Positions 24,321-37,993 of a stretch of DNA of 64,000 nucleotides are shown here, piece after piece. The position numbers and the translations under genes were made by a program. Every line of letters starts with the position of its first letter. The stretch's first letter is position 1. Under the pieces are notes generated by a model that worked only from the letters and a program-made list of their open reading frames with translations, ran no database searches and had not been told where the DNA came from. The DNA is from Camelus dromedarius (taxonomy: Eukaryota), in assembly GCF_036321535.1 (NCBI RefSeq), contig NC_087437.1:77998001-78062000 (forward strand), written 5' to 3'.

Positions 24321-26418
24321 ACTCGTGATACCTGATTTCAAGACATATTAATGCTACAATAATCAAAATAAATGTGGTACTGGTAAAAGAATAAATACAG
24401 ATCAATTGAACAGAACAGAGTCCAAAGACAAATCCACACATGTACAGTAAATAGATTTTTGAGAGAAGTGCTAAAGCAATTCAATGAGGAAGGGAATTCT
24501 TTATTAAAAAAGTAGTTATGGAACATGTGGATATTGATAAAAATAATCAACTTTACCGCTTACCTCATACCATCCACAAATATTAATTTGAATAGGAGCA
24601 TAGGCCTAAATGTAAGCGTCAAAACTATAAAACTTCCAGAAAAAGAAAGAGGGCAAGCAAATATTTCTAATACAGAACTCAAAAAGCATAAACCATAAAG
24701 GACACAATGATAAACTGGATGTTATTTTTAAAAAATTTAAAAAATGGTCTTTGAAAGACATAATTACAGAAGTGAAAAGACAAGCCACAAAAGGAAAGAA
24801 AATATTCCTGATACACTTATCTGGCAAAAAACTTGTGTAAAGACTATGTGAAGAATTCTCGACACAAAACTAAAAAACCAACCTAATAAAAACTAGGCAA
24901 AAAATTTAAATGAGCATTTCCCAAAAGAAGAAATGGCCAATAAGCATGTGAAAAATGCTCAGCTTCATTAGTCATTTGGAAAGTACAAATTAAAACCACA
25001 ATCAAATACCAGTTAGGTATTATTAAGAGTTATAACTAAAAACTCTAACAATAGTAAGGTTGGTGAAGATACAGACAAACTGAAACTCTCATAAACTTCT
25101 GGTGGGAAAGGGAAAGGACACAAGCAATTTGGAAAACTAATAGTTTCCTTATAAACATATACATATCATACCTTCCTATAAGTCCAAAATAAAATCATAT
25201 GACCACATAAAGACTTGTACATCAGTATTCACAGCAGCTTAATTCAAAATAGACCCCAAATGAAAAACACTCAGTTGTCCATCACTATGTTAAGTGGATA
25301 TCAGAATGATAGTTCTGTATCTAAGCAATGGAATACTATTCAGCAATAAAATATATATATGAGGCTATTAATACATACAACACATATAAATCTCAACACA
25401 CTATATAATTCCATTTACACAAAATTCTAGAAAATGTAAACTGATTTCAGTGACAGTAAGCAGAGTATTGTTATTCTGAAGTCCTGGGGTGAAGGAAGGA
25501 ATTGACTGAAAATGAGAGAATGCTTTTAGGAAAAAGGCAATGTTCTGTATCTTGGCTGTGGTAATGGTTTTATGAGAGTATATGATTTTCAAAATTCATT
25601 AAATGGTACTCTTTAAATGAGTTCAGCCTATTTTATAAAAATTATACAGCAATAGGTTAATTGAAAATAATATTTGGGAAAAATTAAATGTCTAATAGTA
25701 GGGAAGTATAAAGATATTGTGGTATATTCAATTACATGTTTGATTATTATTTGGCTATGAGAGGTGTTTCTGGGAAAATTTTATCCCTTCAAAATAAAAA
25801 TATGTGGAATAATTCAACAAAATATATAAAGGAAAATTTACTAATCTCTTACAGAAAAAATTCAGAAAGATCTAATAATAAATGTAAATAATATGATGGA
25901 CTATTAAAATGGTTAATTATTGGTTAACTATTTCAATTTAATACTCAGGATACAATTTCAAGTGAGTAAACAAGTAGAACTTAAATATATATTATGTTTT
26001 CCACACATTTTCTCTATTACAATTCTGAGAAATCAATATGTTTTTATAAAAAACTAGCATTAGTAATATTTCTCTCAATTGATACTTTTATATATTTTCA
26101 GTAGGAGAATCAATTGGAAAGTTATTTTTAAAGACTTATCTACTCAAATAAAATAATATATGATGGTTTTTATCAAGCAATGACACTTTCCATAAATCTC
26201 TATAAATATGAATATTTTGAGGATAAATGTACATGGATATTTATTACAGCATTGCTTATAATGGTAAAATAGTTGGAATCAACCTGAATGTTCAAAAGGG
26301 AGTATTGACATGGTGGAAACATGTATTCAACTGCACTTGAATGTAGTGCACTCATACTGTGAGATGTTATACTCATTAAAATATGAGTTAATTCTACTTA
26401 TGTGTGTGTGTATAATAT

Positions 26419-27086
26419 AGAATGTAAGAATAATGAGGATAAACTATACACAGTCAACTTAGTATTTGTGAATTCTCCTACTTGCTAAAATTTATTTATA
26501 ACACCCTAATCAATACTCATGACATGCTCACATCATTTGTGGACACGTGCATGTGAAGATCAGTGAAAACTTTGAATTGCCCAATGCACATATTTCTAGC
26601 TGACATTGAATTAGAGGGTTGTTCTGCCTTCTTGTTTAAACTTACACTGTTAAAAGTGTCCTTTTTGTGGTCTGTGTAGTGCCATGTTTTTTGTGTATTT
26701 GTGCTGTATATTGATTTCGCTGTTTAAATTGCCCCCACGTATAGTGCAGTAGTGTTGTGTAGGGTTCCCAGGGGCAAGAAGGTTGAAAGGTTGACATTTT
26801 ATGGAGAAAGTCCTTGTGTTAGATAGACTTCCGTCATGAGTTACAGTGCTGTTGTCTGTGAGTTCAGTGCTAATGAATCACTAACGTATATATTAAATAA
26901 GATGTGTTTAAATAGAAACAGACATAAGGCAAGGTTATATACTGATTGATGGATGAAAATTTTGTGGCTAGAGGCTTTAAGTAACCTAACCTGTATTTCA
27001 CCTGGGACAATGATTCAGTATTAGCTAAAGCAACATTCAGGGTGACCTTATGGAATGTAACTGCCATGAATAATGAGAATCTACTA
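26419..27086. mobile_element. MER82 (TcMar-Tigger non-autonomous), near full length, left terminus apparently inverted
   Basis: gtatttgtgaattctcctacttgctaaaatttattt, tttcgctgtttaaa, aacctaacctgtatttc and the right terminus gaataatgagaatctacta. Confidence 0.85.
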
Positions 27087-28039
27087 TGTACATATTTCTG
27101 GAAGGTTGACAAAAGTGTATTTGTGAGAAAATCAAATACAATCAATTCCTTCTTTTATTTTCAGTAGAAATAATGCACAATCACTGCCAATGTGTTTAAA
27201 AAATATATTTGTGCATATTTGTATTACCTAAGAAGAAAAGCATGGACAGCTATGCATGAAGATATTAATATAATTTGTGTCTGAGCATTGAGAATGGGGT
27301 AGGTGAGGGAAGATTGTTAACTTAAAAAAAGTCTATACCTCTGTGTAAATTTTCTCAGCACATATTACTTTTGCTATAACATAGAGGAAATTAAAAGAAA
27401 ATTACTTGCCCAAGGTCAGAGGGCTAATAACTAAAAGCTATATGACTACTTTCTTTAGTCACTAATTAGCAATTCCCAGTCCAGGGTTTTTTTCACTTTA
27501 TCATGTTGTCATTAACATTAATACATGTGTTGATTGTATTGATATTTAATAAAATGAACAAAAATAATGATATGTTCTGATGTTCTATAAATGATGTGTA
27601 GATGTGCCTATGAAAGGGAATTTTATGAGTCTTCAGTTATATATTCATTCATTGATTTTTTTCCCCTTTAGAGTTAAATATAAAATAATAATAACAGTAT
27701 ACCAAGGAGAATTTGAGGAGGGTAATGTGACATCATTATGCAGATTTCAAAAAATATCTTGTCCCTTTGTATAATAATTTGTAATGAATACCTCTCATTG
27801 AGTACTTATTAAATCAGCTACTTGACATATATAATTCCATAATACTTCAGATGCTAATTTAAGCTTCACTTCCTCCTGAATTTTCTTCTATATCTGTTAG
27901 TGGGTGAGACTTGCTCTTGTTCAGTGCCTCAGAGAGGAAGAGGGCAGAAGGCGGAAATAACTGAGCCTCGTGTTCTGAGTTTCATGTTCTGTAAGTCAAA
28001 GCTTTGAGGAAGATTTAGATACTCTCTTCGGACTGTGTC

Positions 28040-28551
28040 TTGGATCATGTCAGATACTGTTCATTCTCTTTAATATCCCTTTTCCCCTTCTTCCTTAGCA
28101 AGAGTTTCACTTTTAGTTCTAGATATTTCTGCCCTCAAAAATAACTATTTCCTAGCCTTCTTTGCAAACCAAGTGTGGATATGGAAAGAAATTTTGTCTA
28201 AGATAAGGTAAGTTGTGTCATACACCAGATTTTGACATTTTCCTTCGAAGTAGGTCCATATGTATAATTCACCTCTATTTATTTCGCCTCTTCTGTCTTT
28301 CTGACACTTGGAATGTAGCCATGATGGCTGGAGCAAGGGCAGCCATCTCAGACAATGAGATGATTTTGGTAATGGTGGCCATGGATGACAGGACAACATG
28401 ATAGAAAGATTTGGTGTAGTAGATATACCTTTATCACTCCTGGGTAGCCCACTTCTGACTTTTGCATGAGATAGATTGTATGTATATTTTATTTAGCCAC
28501 TGTCATTTTGGGTTTCTGTTATCTACAGCTTAGCCTATTCCTAATTGATAC
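28040..28551 (+). mobile_element. MaLR LTR (MLT1J/K-like)
   Basis: actatttcctagccttctttgca, ggaatgtagccatgatggctggagcaagggcagccatct and the end tttagccactg...gggtttctgtta...cctaattgataca. Confidence 0.75.
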
Positions 28552-28819
28552 ATGGTTGTGTGGGAGAGCAGGCACTTCTCACACAGACTACAGAGATATT
28601 TTCTACAACTAGGAAGTCAAAGGGGAGTAGAAGGAACCTGTAGTCTTTCTTAAGTCAGTGAAGAATGTCTGCATCCTATACCTGTGTGGATGAAATCTGA
28701 CAAAGGAAACACTATAAACTGTGTATGCTTAATACTATGGTATAATTCTGGGAACAGTTGGTCTAATATTTTTAAATATTCAAATCATAGTGTTTGGTCA
28801 TTCTTTTCTCTTTTAACAG

Positions 28820-29020
28820 AGTAACATCCACCCAGTGCCACCAACCTGCTGGGCGTTTTGCATAAATTATTTCATCTAATATTTATAAGGACTCTATAAG
28901 ATAGGAATTATTATTGCTATAGAAAACTGAGGGTTAAAGAGTTTAAGTAACTTGACCAAGGTCTCATAGCTAGAAAAGTCATAGGCAAGCTAGCTTTCAA
29001 ACACAGGTTTATCTCTTTCC
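28820..29020 (-). mobile_element. MIR SINE
   Basis: gaaaactgagggttaaagagtttaagtaacttgaccaaggtctcatagctag. Confidence 0.75.
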
Positions 29021-29479
29021 AGGTATCCACTGTGGTTGAAAATGTGGAAACACTAATAAAAAACAAAATTACTTTAAAGGAAAATATTAAAATTCTAAGT
29101 CACTGAATTTCAAATACCTGATTGAAAAAATGATATAACATATCATTTTATATAGCATGTATATAATATGTATAAATATAAATAAGTCACTTGGACCCCT
29201 AAAGAAGAAAAAGTATTTTGATATTCTCTGTGCATTTTAGCAATTCTAATATTTTATATGCATTTTAGCATGTGAGACTATTGTTTGGTAGATCTGATAG
29301 TCTAAAACCATTAGTACCAGGGGGAGTAACACTGTACATAGTACCTAGGCAGATACCTGCTAGGAACATGTTCTGTAACATGACAGTATGTAGAAAGAAT
29401 AAATATCTTATATCTTGATGCTTTTGAAATTAAAAAAATCTGACTAGATAACCCCATTTTTTTCAGTGTTAGCAGAAAA

Positions 29480-30830
29480 TAAAATCTCAGTCATTCCTGT
29501 TGGTGGCTACTGTTCCTTTTCCAGGATTATTCAACAGTTCTGAGAGCTTTACCTAGTCCAGAAAATTTGGGAAAATATCTCTAGTTTTCTCTATATCTTG
29601 ATGTCACTGTGATCCTCCTTGCCCATACCAGTGTGATCCATTCTATGGAAGCACTTCTGCTCCCACTTGTCCAAACTCAGGCAGTAATTGTCTATTCCCA
29701 GCTCACAAAGCTGTTACCTCAGAGCTAACGTATTCTTTTCAGATGTCATCATGTAGCAGGAATCTTACCTCCTAATTATGCCCAGGGTCACTGGCTTCTG
29801 CTAGTATGAGAACTCCTTTCTGTGACTACTGAGCCACTAGAATAAGTGTCCCAAGCTGGCAGCAGACATAGATTTTTTTTTTTAAGCTGGACTCCTACTA
29901 TATTTTCTGGTGGAAGAATCATTCCTCTGGAAACCCAGGGCTTCTAGCTTTAAAGAACCCAAGTTTGAGAGGATGGAAAAACAACTCCGAATGGGATGAG
30001 TAAGATGGGTGGAGTCACCCCTAATTCCCCATCTTGGCTCATGAACCCATGCATTCTATGTAACAGGGCGCTGTGTCATGCAGTGGCCACTGGGTTATGC
30101 ATCCTGAAGGATATTTCTCTACCAGTGCAGGGTGTTATTTCTGGGCTGATGTCTCATCCACGACTCTAAGAGTCTACTTCATCTCTCTTCCTGGCTGACC
30201 ACTTATGAATGGTGTTTAGTGTGTCTTCCCTCCAAATGCCATTTCCCCTAACTCACTTACATCCAACATTCCCGTCTTGCTCCTTCAGATCTCTGACTAA
30301 CCAGTCAAATAATGAGGCACTGCTGGTGATTCTGTATGATTCTCTGTAAATCTTTACCATGGGATAATTTTATTTTTACAAAAAGCAGCTGATCAGGTAC
30401 ACAGTCCGAAGCTCTGTGCCTTGATTTGTCTTTCAGGGTTACTCCTCACTGGGGCTGCAGCTCAGTAGCAGTCATGTTTCAGCTTGGACTTGTACGTCAA
30501 ACAGACTGACTCCATGAACCAAGCTTGAGTTTCTTCCTCCTCTGACAGGTGATCATAGAGAACTCTCTATGAAGCCATAGGTATAAGCTAAGGAGGAGAC
30601 GTAGATGTAAAAGTGGTAGGTGACGTGGAGGTCTGGACCACTTATTTTTGCAACTAACTTATTAGTCCTGCTCAAGTACAGTCCTGGGTGCACTATTTCT
30701 GTTTTAGGATGTATTTCTGTTGGGCTTATGCCAATTTATGACTTTGTACAATTGGCAGTGCTTGGTTTATCATGGACTTCAGTGTAAAAGTTTCATCAAC
30801 CAACAGCATGCCCATTCTGATTTCTCATTC
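29480..30830 (-). mobile_element. ERVL/MaLR internal remnant (degenerate pol RNase H and downstream region)
   Basis: Minus strand reads cctatggcttcatagagagttctctatgatcacctgtcagaggaggaagaaactcaagcttggttc (compare ERVL PYDQLTEEEK.RAWFTDG) and ctagaagccctgggtttccagaggaatgattcttccaccag. Confidence 0.75.
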
Positions 30831-31069
30831 AGAAATTGGAAAGCAATTATAAATCTGTGTAAAACAGACTTGGGTCAGGACTTCATTTATTATATAACCC
30901 TATATACTTTTACCCTAGTAGGTGGGTCATGATGGAGCTTTGATTCTTTGAAAATCCAACAGTCTTCCATGGGAAGGTTCCATAGAAAATTGGGTGTTCT
31001 TCTTTATCCAGTTATATTTACTGTATAAATAGTAGAAGGACCTTTGGGGAGTGGCTGGGGAGTGTGTTG

Positions 31070-31345
31070 GGCTTGTCCTCCCCTGGTCTCCTTTAGGATT
31101 ACAAGATGATTGTTGTGATTCCAGGCCTTAGACGCAGATACTACATCAGCACATATGTCTTCATGTATTTCAGTAAAGAAACCTTCCTCTGAAGTCCCCA
31201 GCAGATGTTCCTTCATGTTTTATTGGCCAGAATGGTATCAAATGCCCTTACTTAAACCAGTTACTGAAAGGGGAATGGTTTCATGATTGGCTTAGTCCAA
31301 TCAAGATTTATCTCTGGAGCTGGGGACAGGGCCAGTTTCCCCTGA
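31070..31345 (-). mobile_element. MLT1K-like LTR fragment
   Basis: acaagatgattgttgtgattccagg...ccccagcagat...attggccagaatgg...taaaccagttactg...catgattggcttag...ggagctgggga. Confidence 0.7.
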
Positions 31346-34300
31346 AATTTAAAAAAGAGGAAAAAAAAGCTTTTTATCAACTCATCTAACTTTATTCAAG
31401 TCTTCTCATATATTATCCCTAAAACAACACCACAAATCACCAGCAGGTTTTTGTATCATAAAACCACAAGATTTTTACCCTCTTTTGCACCAGTATGTGC
31501 TGGAATGCAGGATAATGAGTATTTCTGTGAAAAGAAAGAAAACAAAAATAAACCTGACCATTTTTAATGCTTGTTAATATGGAAACAAAATGATAAAATA
31601 ATAATCTTCTGTATATTTGATGGACTGTTTATTGTGGTAAGCTTTTCTTATGCTGTTTCCACCAAGTGAGGCAATCTAGTTAAGAAAGTTAATTTATCTG
31701 AGTGGATCTGTTAGCATCATTTGACAGCAAAACAATAACAAAAAGTGACTGTAAATTGCTCAGCATGTGTTATTATTGATACCCTCTTCACATGCACACA
31801 TGGACACACTCTACTGTAGGAAAGTAAATTTCTGTATGAGAGTAAGCTGACCTGAATGTGAGTTATTGTCACATGGACTTAGAAGATGAGATAGGAAGAC
31901 ACAATAATAAAGTAATTCAGCATCCTTAATGTTGGTTGAGTGACTGTAGAGCTGTCAGGTGTCCTGAAGAGTACATTGCTCTCAGCCTCCTTAAAGTGAA
32001 GAGGACTCGGGCGTTGTTATAATTGTATTTTTTTTTAGCTTAAATCAGGTGCTAAGTGCATGAATTTGTTAGACAAAGAGTGCCACCAGAGATTAAGAAA
32101 TGTTATATTTTAGAAATAATATGTTCTGCCTTTGTGAATAGTGTAGAGTCTCATGACTGGGTCTTTGTAAACATTTTGTAAAGATATAAATAAACCGTTT
32201 GTGACTTCAAATTGCAACCATTTTGAAAGATCTGAAAACAGTTTCAGAAAGGAGCTGCCAAATTTACTGCAAGTCAGTACAAAAGGAAACAGTTGTCTCT
32301 CAAATACATTTCACAGAACTGTATAGTTAGCAGTCTTTTCAGGTATAAAATAATAGCCTGATGTTTTTGTACATTTTATTTTGATGGCTGGTTATCTATG
32401 GAGCCAATGGAGAATCAAATAAAGCTTTGTGAAACTGAAGGGTTTTCAAACCTTCATCTACTGGATAACTGAAAATAATTAATTTATTAAGAAACGAAGT
32501 GATTTGAGAATTTTGGATAGTAGTTAGCTATTTTCCCTCTTGCTACAGGGTTTAAAAAACAACCTGTGAGTCCATATTTTTTACAGATTTCATTTGCATT
32601 ATACAAAGTGATGTTATTATTAGACAAGCAAGTAAATTATTACATATATCACATGTAGGGCAAGAGCCTGCTTTTTCTCTTATATAATATATATCTTGAA
32701 TAAAATCCGGTAACAAATTTGATGTAGGCCTCAAAGTATCTGTATTACTTCAGACTACATCAATAAAATGAAATCTTCCTAGTTTTGTGCCGTGAATTTT
32801 TTTCAGATTATTGTTCATAAATTGATGGATGCTAAAATGAAAGTGGAATAGGTGTTCAAGATTTATTCTACTTTGCTTTCTTCACAGTGGAAAATATGGC
32901 TTCTTAGCTTGAAGGGAAGGATACTTTTCTCTAACTCCATATTGTGATATCTTTTCTCAGGGAATTTTTTCAGATCAAGGAGGTTTAAACTGATTTGTTT
33001 TAAGGGGTAGTATCCAACTGAGTTTCTGTAATACCCCATTTTTTTCCCCCTGTGAGAAGGAAAGAAGGATGATGAGAAGTGGATGATAAGCAAATTAGTT
33101 ACCTTGAAAAACAAAAGACCATTCCTGTAATTTGGGGGTAGGCCGTATCAGTACCAAGTAGCAACTATTCCCATGGGTCTTCTGAAATAGAAAAATAGGA
33201 ACTTAGTATGCGGTTACCTTATGCATCATGACTGTGGTGTATCAGAATGACAAAGTGAGATGGAGGGTCTCGATGGGGTTAACTCCCAAGACAAGAAGAT
33301 GAAGCAGTAAAGGACCTAAAGATTCATCCAAGGAAAGCGTGGCCTTTTTCTTGGTGTCTGGTAAACTTTCTTCGTGCTCCCACCTTTGCCCTCCCCTGCT
33401 CCTACTCTACACTCTGCTGAAGTAAAGCCATCCATCACTTTATGCGTGTCTGCTTCCCAAATCTAGTCAGAAGTGACCAAGATATCTTCTTTTTGTGAAG
33501 CACAGCACTATTAGTCTACAAGAGCAGATGGGCAGCTCAGTTTGAACAAAATGTCAAGCTAACTGCAGATCTTAACCCTATCACCCCTGAGAATGACTAG
33601 TCTTAGACACAGCTGCTACAGTTACTCATCTGAAGTTAGACCAGGAACTCTTTGGATCTCAATTTTTGTAGTCAAATTTAAAGCAAAGAAAGACAATGAT
33701 AAAAAAGTTACTTTGACTTAGTCTATTTGGCATGAAACTCTGAATTGATTCTCTATCTGCTTTACAGCTGCCTATGAATACCTTCCTGGCAAAGTTCCTG
33801 CATCTTCTTAAACTCTATGTCCAGACAACCATCATTTTTCACCACTAATTAACCCTCCTCTCCAAGTTCTATATTTGTGCCAACTACACTACTATCTTCC
33901 CTATTTCCTAAGTGGACTATTTTGGTGTTATTTCTTCTTTCAGATATGCATATCTTCCAAAAGCCTGGACAATCATCCTTTGCAAGAACTCTTAGATTTA
34001 TACCTTCCTCCCCATTCTCATTGTTAGCACTGAGATGTAGGCTTCTAACTCACAGGTACTAAACCCTTCTACCTGGTGTTTGTCTCTAGTCCCTTTTTGT
34101 TTTATCACATTTGCTCATAGAATAGACACAGTATCTAGTATTCAATGATGTTAAAAGCTTGGGCAGCAAGAGATATCCTGTTGGTTTTATTATCTGGATT
34201 TGCGAGAGATTATATGGTGACAATGAACAAGTTGGGGAACCCTATGTGCCCCAGTTTCTCTATCTGTTCCCTGAGGTTAAAGATCTATCTCAAAGAATAT

Positions 34301-35329
34301 CTATAAGAATTTTAAGGAAATTTCTTTAAAATATTTCTCATATGAGAAGCACTGCATGTGTTTGTTGTTTTATTGTTGTCTGTTATATAGCAAAAAATTC
34401 CACTCTTGTGCTGACTGATTAAAGTCTAGTAGTTTTCTGCCAACTATTGGATACAAATCCTTTAGTCTGATTTTATAGACTTTCTATTATATCATCTTTT
34501 TTAGCCTAATTAGTCTTAAATTTCCCCCTTAGCTACAGATAAACACTTAGCTACAGTCTCTGCTTTTCCCTAGAAACCAGTACCCAACCCCAACTTTGTG
34601 AATGTTGTCCCTTGTTTAGAAATTCAACCCCTTTCTTTTATAATTGGACATTACCTCAACTACTTCACACAATATTCTTGGATGAATCCACCCCATGGTG
34701 GTTCCTCTAGCATTCCACATCTTTAAAAAAATTAAACATGCAACTTGTACTCTAATTCTTTCCACTGATTTAGAGATTTCTAATAACATTGCTCTCTAGC
34801 TTTTGTGTTTATACAGGTCTTCTCAAACAGGTTATAAGTTCCCTGAGGGCAGGAACCATGCCGCCTGCCTTCTTTTGTAATTCTGCAGGGCCTGGAATTG
34901 TAAAGGAGACAGTAAGTGATTAATAAACACTTGTCTAATTTAGTGGACTAATGGTTTGGAAGTTTTTTTATGTAGATTCCTTTGTATATACATTCTTGGA
35001 AAGAGTCCAAGGCAAAGGGAAAATAAAATTCAATTCACTTTGTCTTTGGCTTTTTACAGCCTAAAATAGCTAATTGAAAATAAAATTCCCTATTTAAGAA
35101 ACTGGCAAACTAAAGAGAACAGTGTCAAGAAAAGAAGTTTCTAGAAGATATTTTCTTTAACTTTGTGAAAGGACCATTTTCCTTTTTCCCCTTATAGTTC
35201 TCAACCACTTGCCAATCCACTCTTTTCACTTTCGTTCCCTCCTCTAACCAAACCCTACACAATTCTACATGAATTTTGGAATTCATGGGTTTGGAAACCA
35301 TGTTTTTTGGTTTGGGTTCCTTCCCAACA

Positions 35330-35765
35330 ACTTCCAAGCTCTTGCTACCTGTTCTCGCTTTTCCTGCAGCCAAGCTACATCGCCCCTTTCCTGTTCCTTG
35401 AACACACCATGTGCAGTTCTGTTTGCCTTGAATATTCTTCCTCTGACCCTTCTCTCTGCTTTTTCCTTGTATTCTTCCAGCTAAACTCAGGGGTACCATT
35501 TCAGGGATCACCTCCATGACTACCCTGTTCAAGGAAAGACCTTCTTCTTTTCCCATCATCCTCTGTCATATGACTCTGTTTTTTTCCATTAGAGCCTGAC
35601 CACAGCCTGAAATCATCACGTCTACAGTTTTGCTTTCTTGTTTATCGCTGTCTTCCTTCACTGGAGGGTGGGACCTTAGTTTCCATGCTTATCATTGTAT
35701 TTCTTGTACTTTACAAGAGAACCTGATATACAGTGGGCACTCACATTATAACTAAATGAATAATG
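35330..35765 (+). mobile_element. L2 LINE 3' portion
   Basis: ttcctgttccttgaacacacc...tgccttgaatattcttcc...gaacctgatatacagtgggcactca...aatgaataa. Confidence 0.8.
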
Positions 35766-37937
35766 AGCTTATAATAGTAAGTTTAAGCTACAAACACATG
35801 AATTATCTATTGCCTTGTAAAATAAATATTCCTAAAAGAGGTGTAGTGAGGTGGGGATATGAAATGCTGACCGTGTACATAGTTTCCACAGAGAGAAAAG
35901 GGGTCTGGAGTGAAGTTAGTCTCATATAATAACCCAATTACTTTGATAAAACAAGGTTTCATTTCTCCCCAGCTGTGAAAAGACTAATGGATCCTGGGTA
36001 TACGTGTTTTTCTCCCATGCATTTCCTGTCTATAGTCTAACAGATGAAATGAAGAGAATTATTTTAATAGCTGCTTATGTTTTCAAGCAAAAGTAAAACA
36101 TGTCTTGCCCTCAGAGCTTGCCAGTGTTTCTGACTCACTCTGCCAGTTAGTGTAGAGAGGAAATAAAATTCACCTCTGCGACTTCTGCAGACTCTCATAG
36201 ATATGGAAACAAAACAGTGTCTTAGTTTATACTGTAGGAATTTACATGATGACATTTAATGTATAAATGATGCATTCCTACTAATCTAGGGAGATGCGTA
36301 TACTTCCTTCTTTGCTGTGTTTATCTCCTGCTGTCAGCTCTCCATTTCTCCCAGTACACAGTTCTCCAGCTCCAATAAAAAAAAAGTCTGGTGTTTGTTC
36401 TTTTCTCCATGTCTTGGCTGATGTTATTTCCCTGGCCTACGTTTACCAATTTTATTTCAAGGTCTGGTCCAAGTCCTATGTTTTCTCTGAATTGTTCTGT
36501 CCTAATCTTAACTTTTGTATTTTTTGCTTGTGTCCTTAATCATGTGATGCCAAAAGCTTCCCACTTAAAAAAAGAAGATCTCTATGTGTTCCTCTTCTAA
36601 TAAGGATTTAAAGGTTCTCTGGGGAAGAAACTATTCCCTCTAACTTTTTCAACCCCTCCAGCTCCTAGCACTGTCTGAACCCATCATGTGTGGATGCTCA
36701 GTAAATATTTGCCCAATGGAATTGGCTTGTAAGAGTTCATGGAGAGACTGGAAGACAGAAATCTACAGTGCACGGTAAAGCTCAATTAGGCTGGTGTTTC
36801 TAATCTTCTTGCCCTATAATCTTTGAAGAAAGAGTCAATGAAGTTATACAACTAACCTTTTTTTCTTATAAAATCAAAGTGTCAACAAGAATGACCAAAG
36901 GATGATAATTTGTACTAGAAGAAGGGAACCTTTTAGCTGTTAGATCAGTGAAATTATTCTCTTTAATTGGCATCTCTAATTGTGCGACTTTCACTTTCCA
37001 TGGAGAAATATACACCCAGTCGAGGAGACACAGCAGGAGCTGAAGAGATCTTTGGCAATAGCATGTATTAGAGAAACACGGTCATATGGATTAAAGCAGA
37101 AACCATAGTATGTGTCTATCTTACTCAGTGTGTACACTTGAGAAACCCACATTCTTGTGCTTCTTTTTGTCCCCGTTCTGGATGCTCAGGAAGACCTGTG
37201 TTTGTGCAGAGAATGAATTATTCAACCACTGGTTCCTTTTCAGCTCTCCCATATAGGGAAACATCGTCTCATCAGATGAGGGTTCTAAATTTTGGTGATG
37301 GCAACTCTGCTTTACCTTCGTTTCTCTTGGTAAGCAGGAAGTTTCATGCTGCCACGGGGCTCTCCCTGAGCTGAGGTTTTCTGGCATAATATTTTTATTT
37401 CTCCACTTCTCATTTACCCAATTCAGTTTTTCTGGTGAGTTTTTTTAAACATATTTTTAATTTCTCTAATTCAATTTCATAAAACTTTTTTCCAAGTAGA
37501 TGGAGCAAATAGTGTTCATTTTTTTAGAGACAGCCTATCATTATGAGCAAATACCTCATTCTTGATAATCAAAAGTACAATGAAAGGTTTTTTCTTTTTT
37601 AAAAATCAGCATCCTTTCCCTGCTTCCATGCCCTAGACCGTGCACGACATGCTGCTTTCCCCTGAGAAGGTGTAACTGCAGCGAAGTCTCACAGCTACTC
37701 TGACCTTCAGAAGGAGGGAGGTGGGATGTAGCCTCCCATGTCGCTGTAGCACCTCACTAAGTCAGTGATTGCAACTGAAGGGGCGCAATGAAAATATTAA
37801 GGCAACGCCAGTAAGGGAGATAAATTTCAGAGATGAGATTAAAAAAAATGTGTTTGTAATACACTGCCTGAATCCAGTGGCTTAACTGGGCAAGACAGCA
37901 GGATACCTACTTCAGGTCTCTTGACAGGCAACCCTGA

Positions 37938-37993
37938 AGAGAGGGGTTCAGAGAGGGGTTCAGGCAGGGGAAGACTCCAGGCAGGGGAAGACT
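37938..37993 (+). repeat. Two abutting short tandem duplications (12 nt x2 and 17 nt x2)
   Basis: agagaggggttc at 37938-37949 and 37950-37961; caggcaggggaagact(c) at 37961-37977 and 37978-37993. Confidence 0.95.

Larger units (their letters stand above)
22090..25670 (+). mobile_element. L1ME1-like ORF2 plus 3' UTR, interrupted by MER58 and MER21 insertions
   Basis: ORF2 peptides (IPKPHKDISRKENDKLMFLLNI...KIIANQ). 3' end aaaattctagaaaatgtaaactg...gtgacag...atgttctgtatcttg. Host sequence gaggactta...acctgatttcaag is split by the LTR. Confidence 0.85.

Noticed and set aside
37121..37387. 88-aa minus-strand ORF ending near a GTAAG
   Set aside because: No recognisable domain and no convincing acceptor; the length is within chance expectation.
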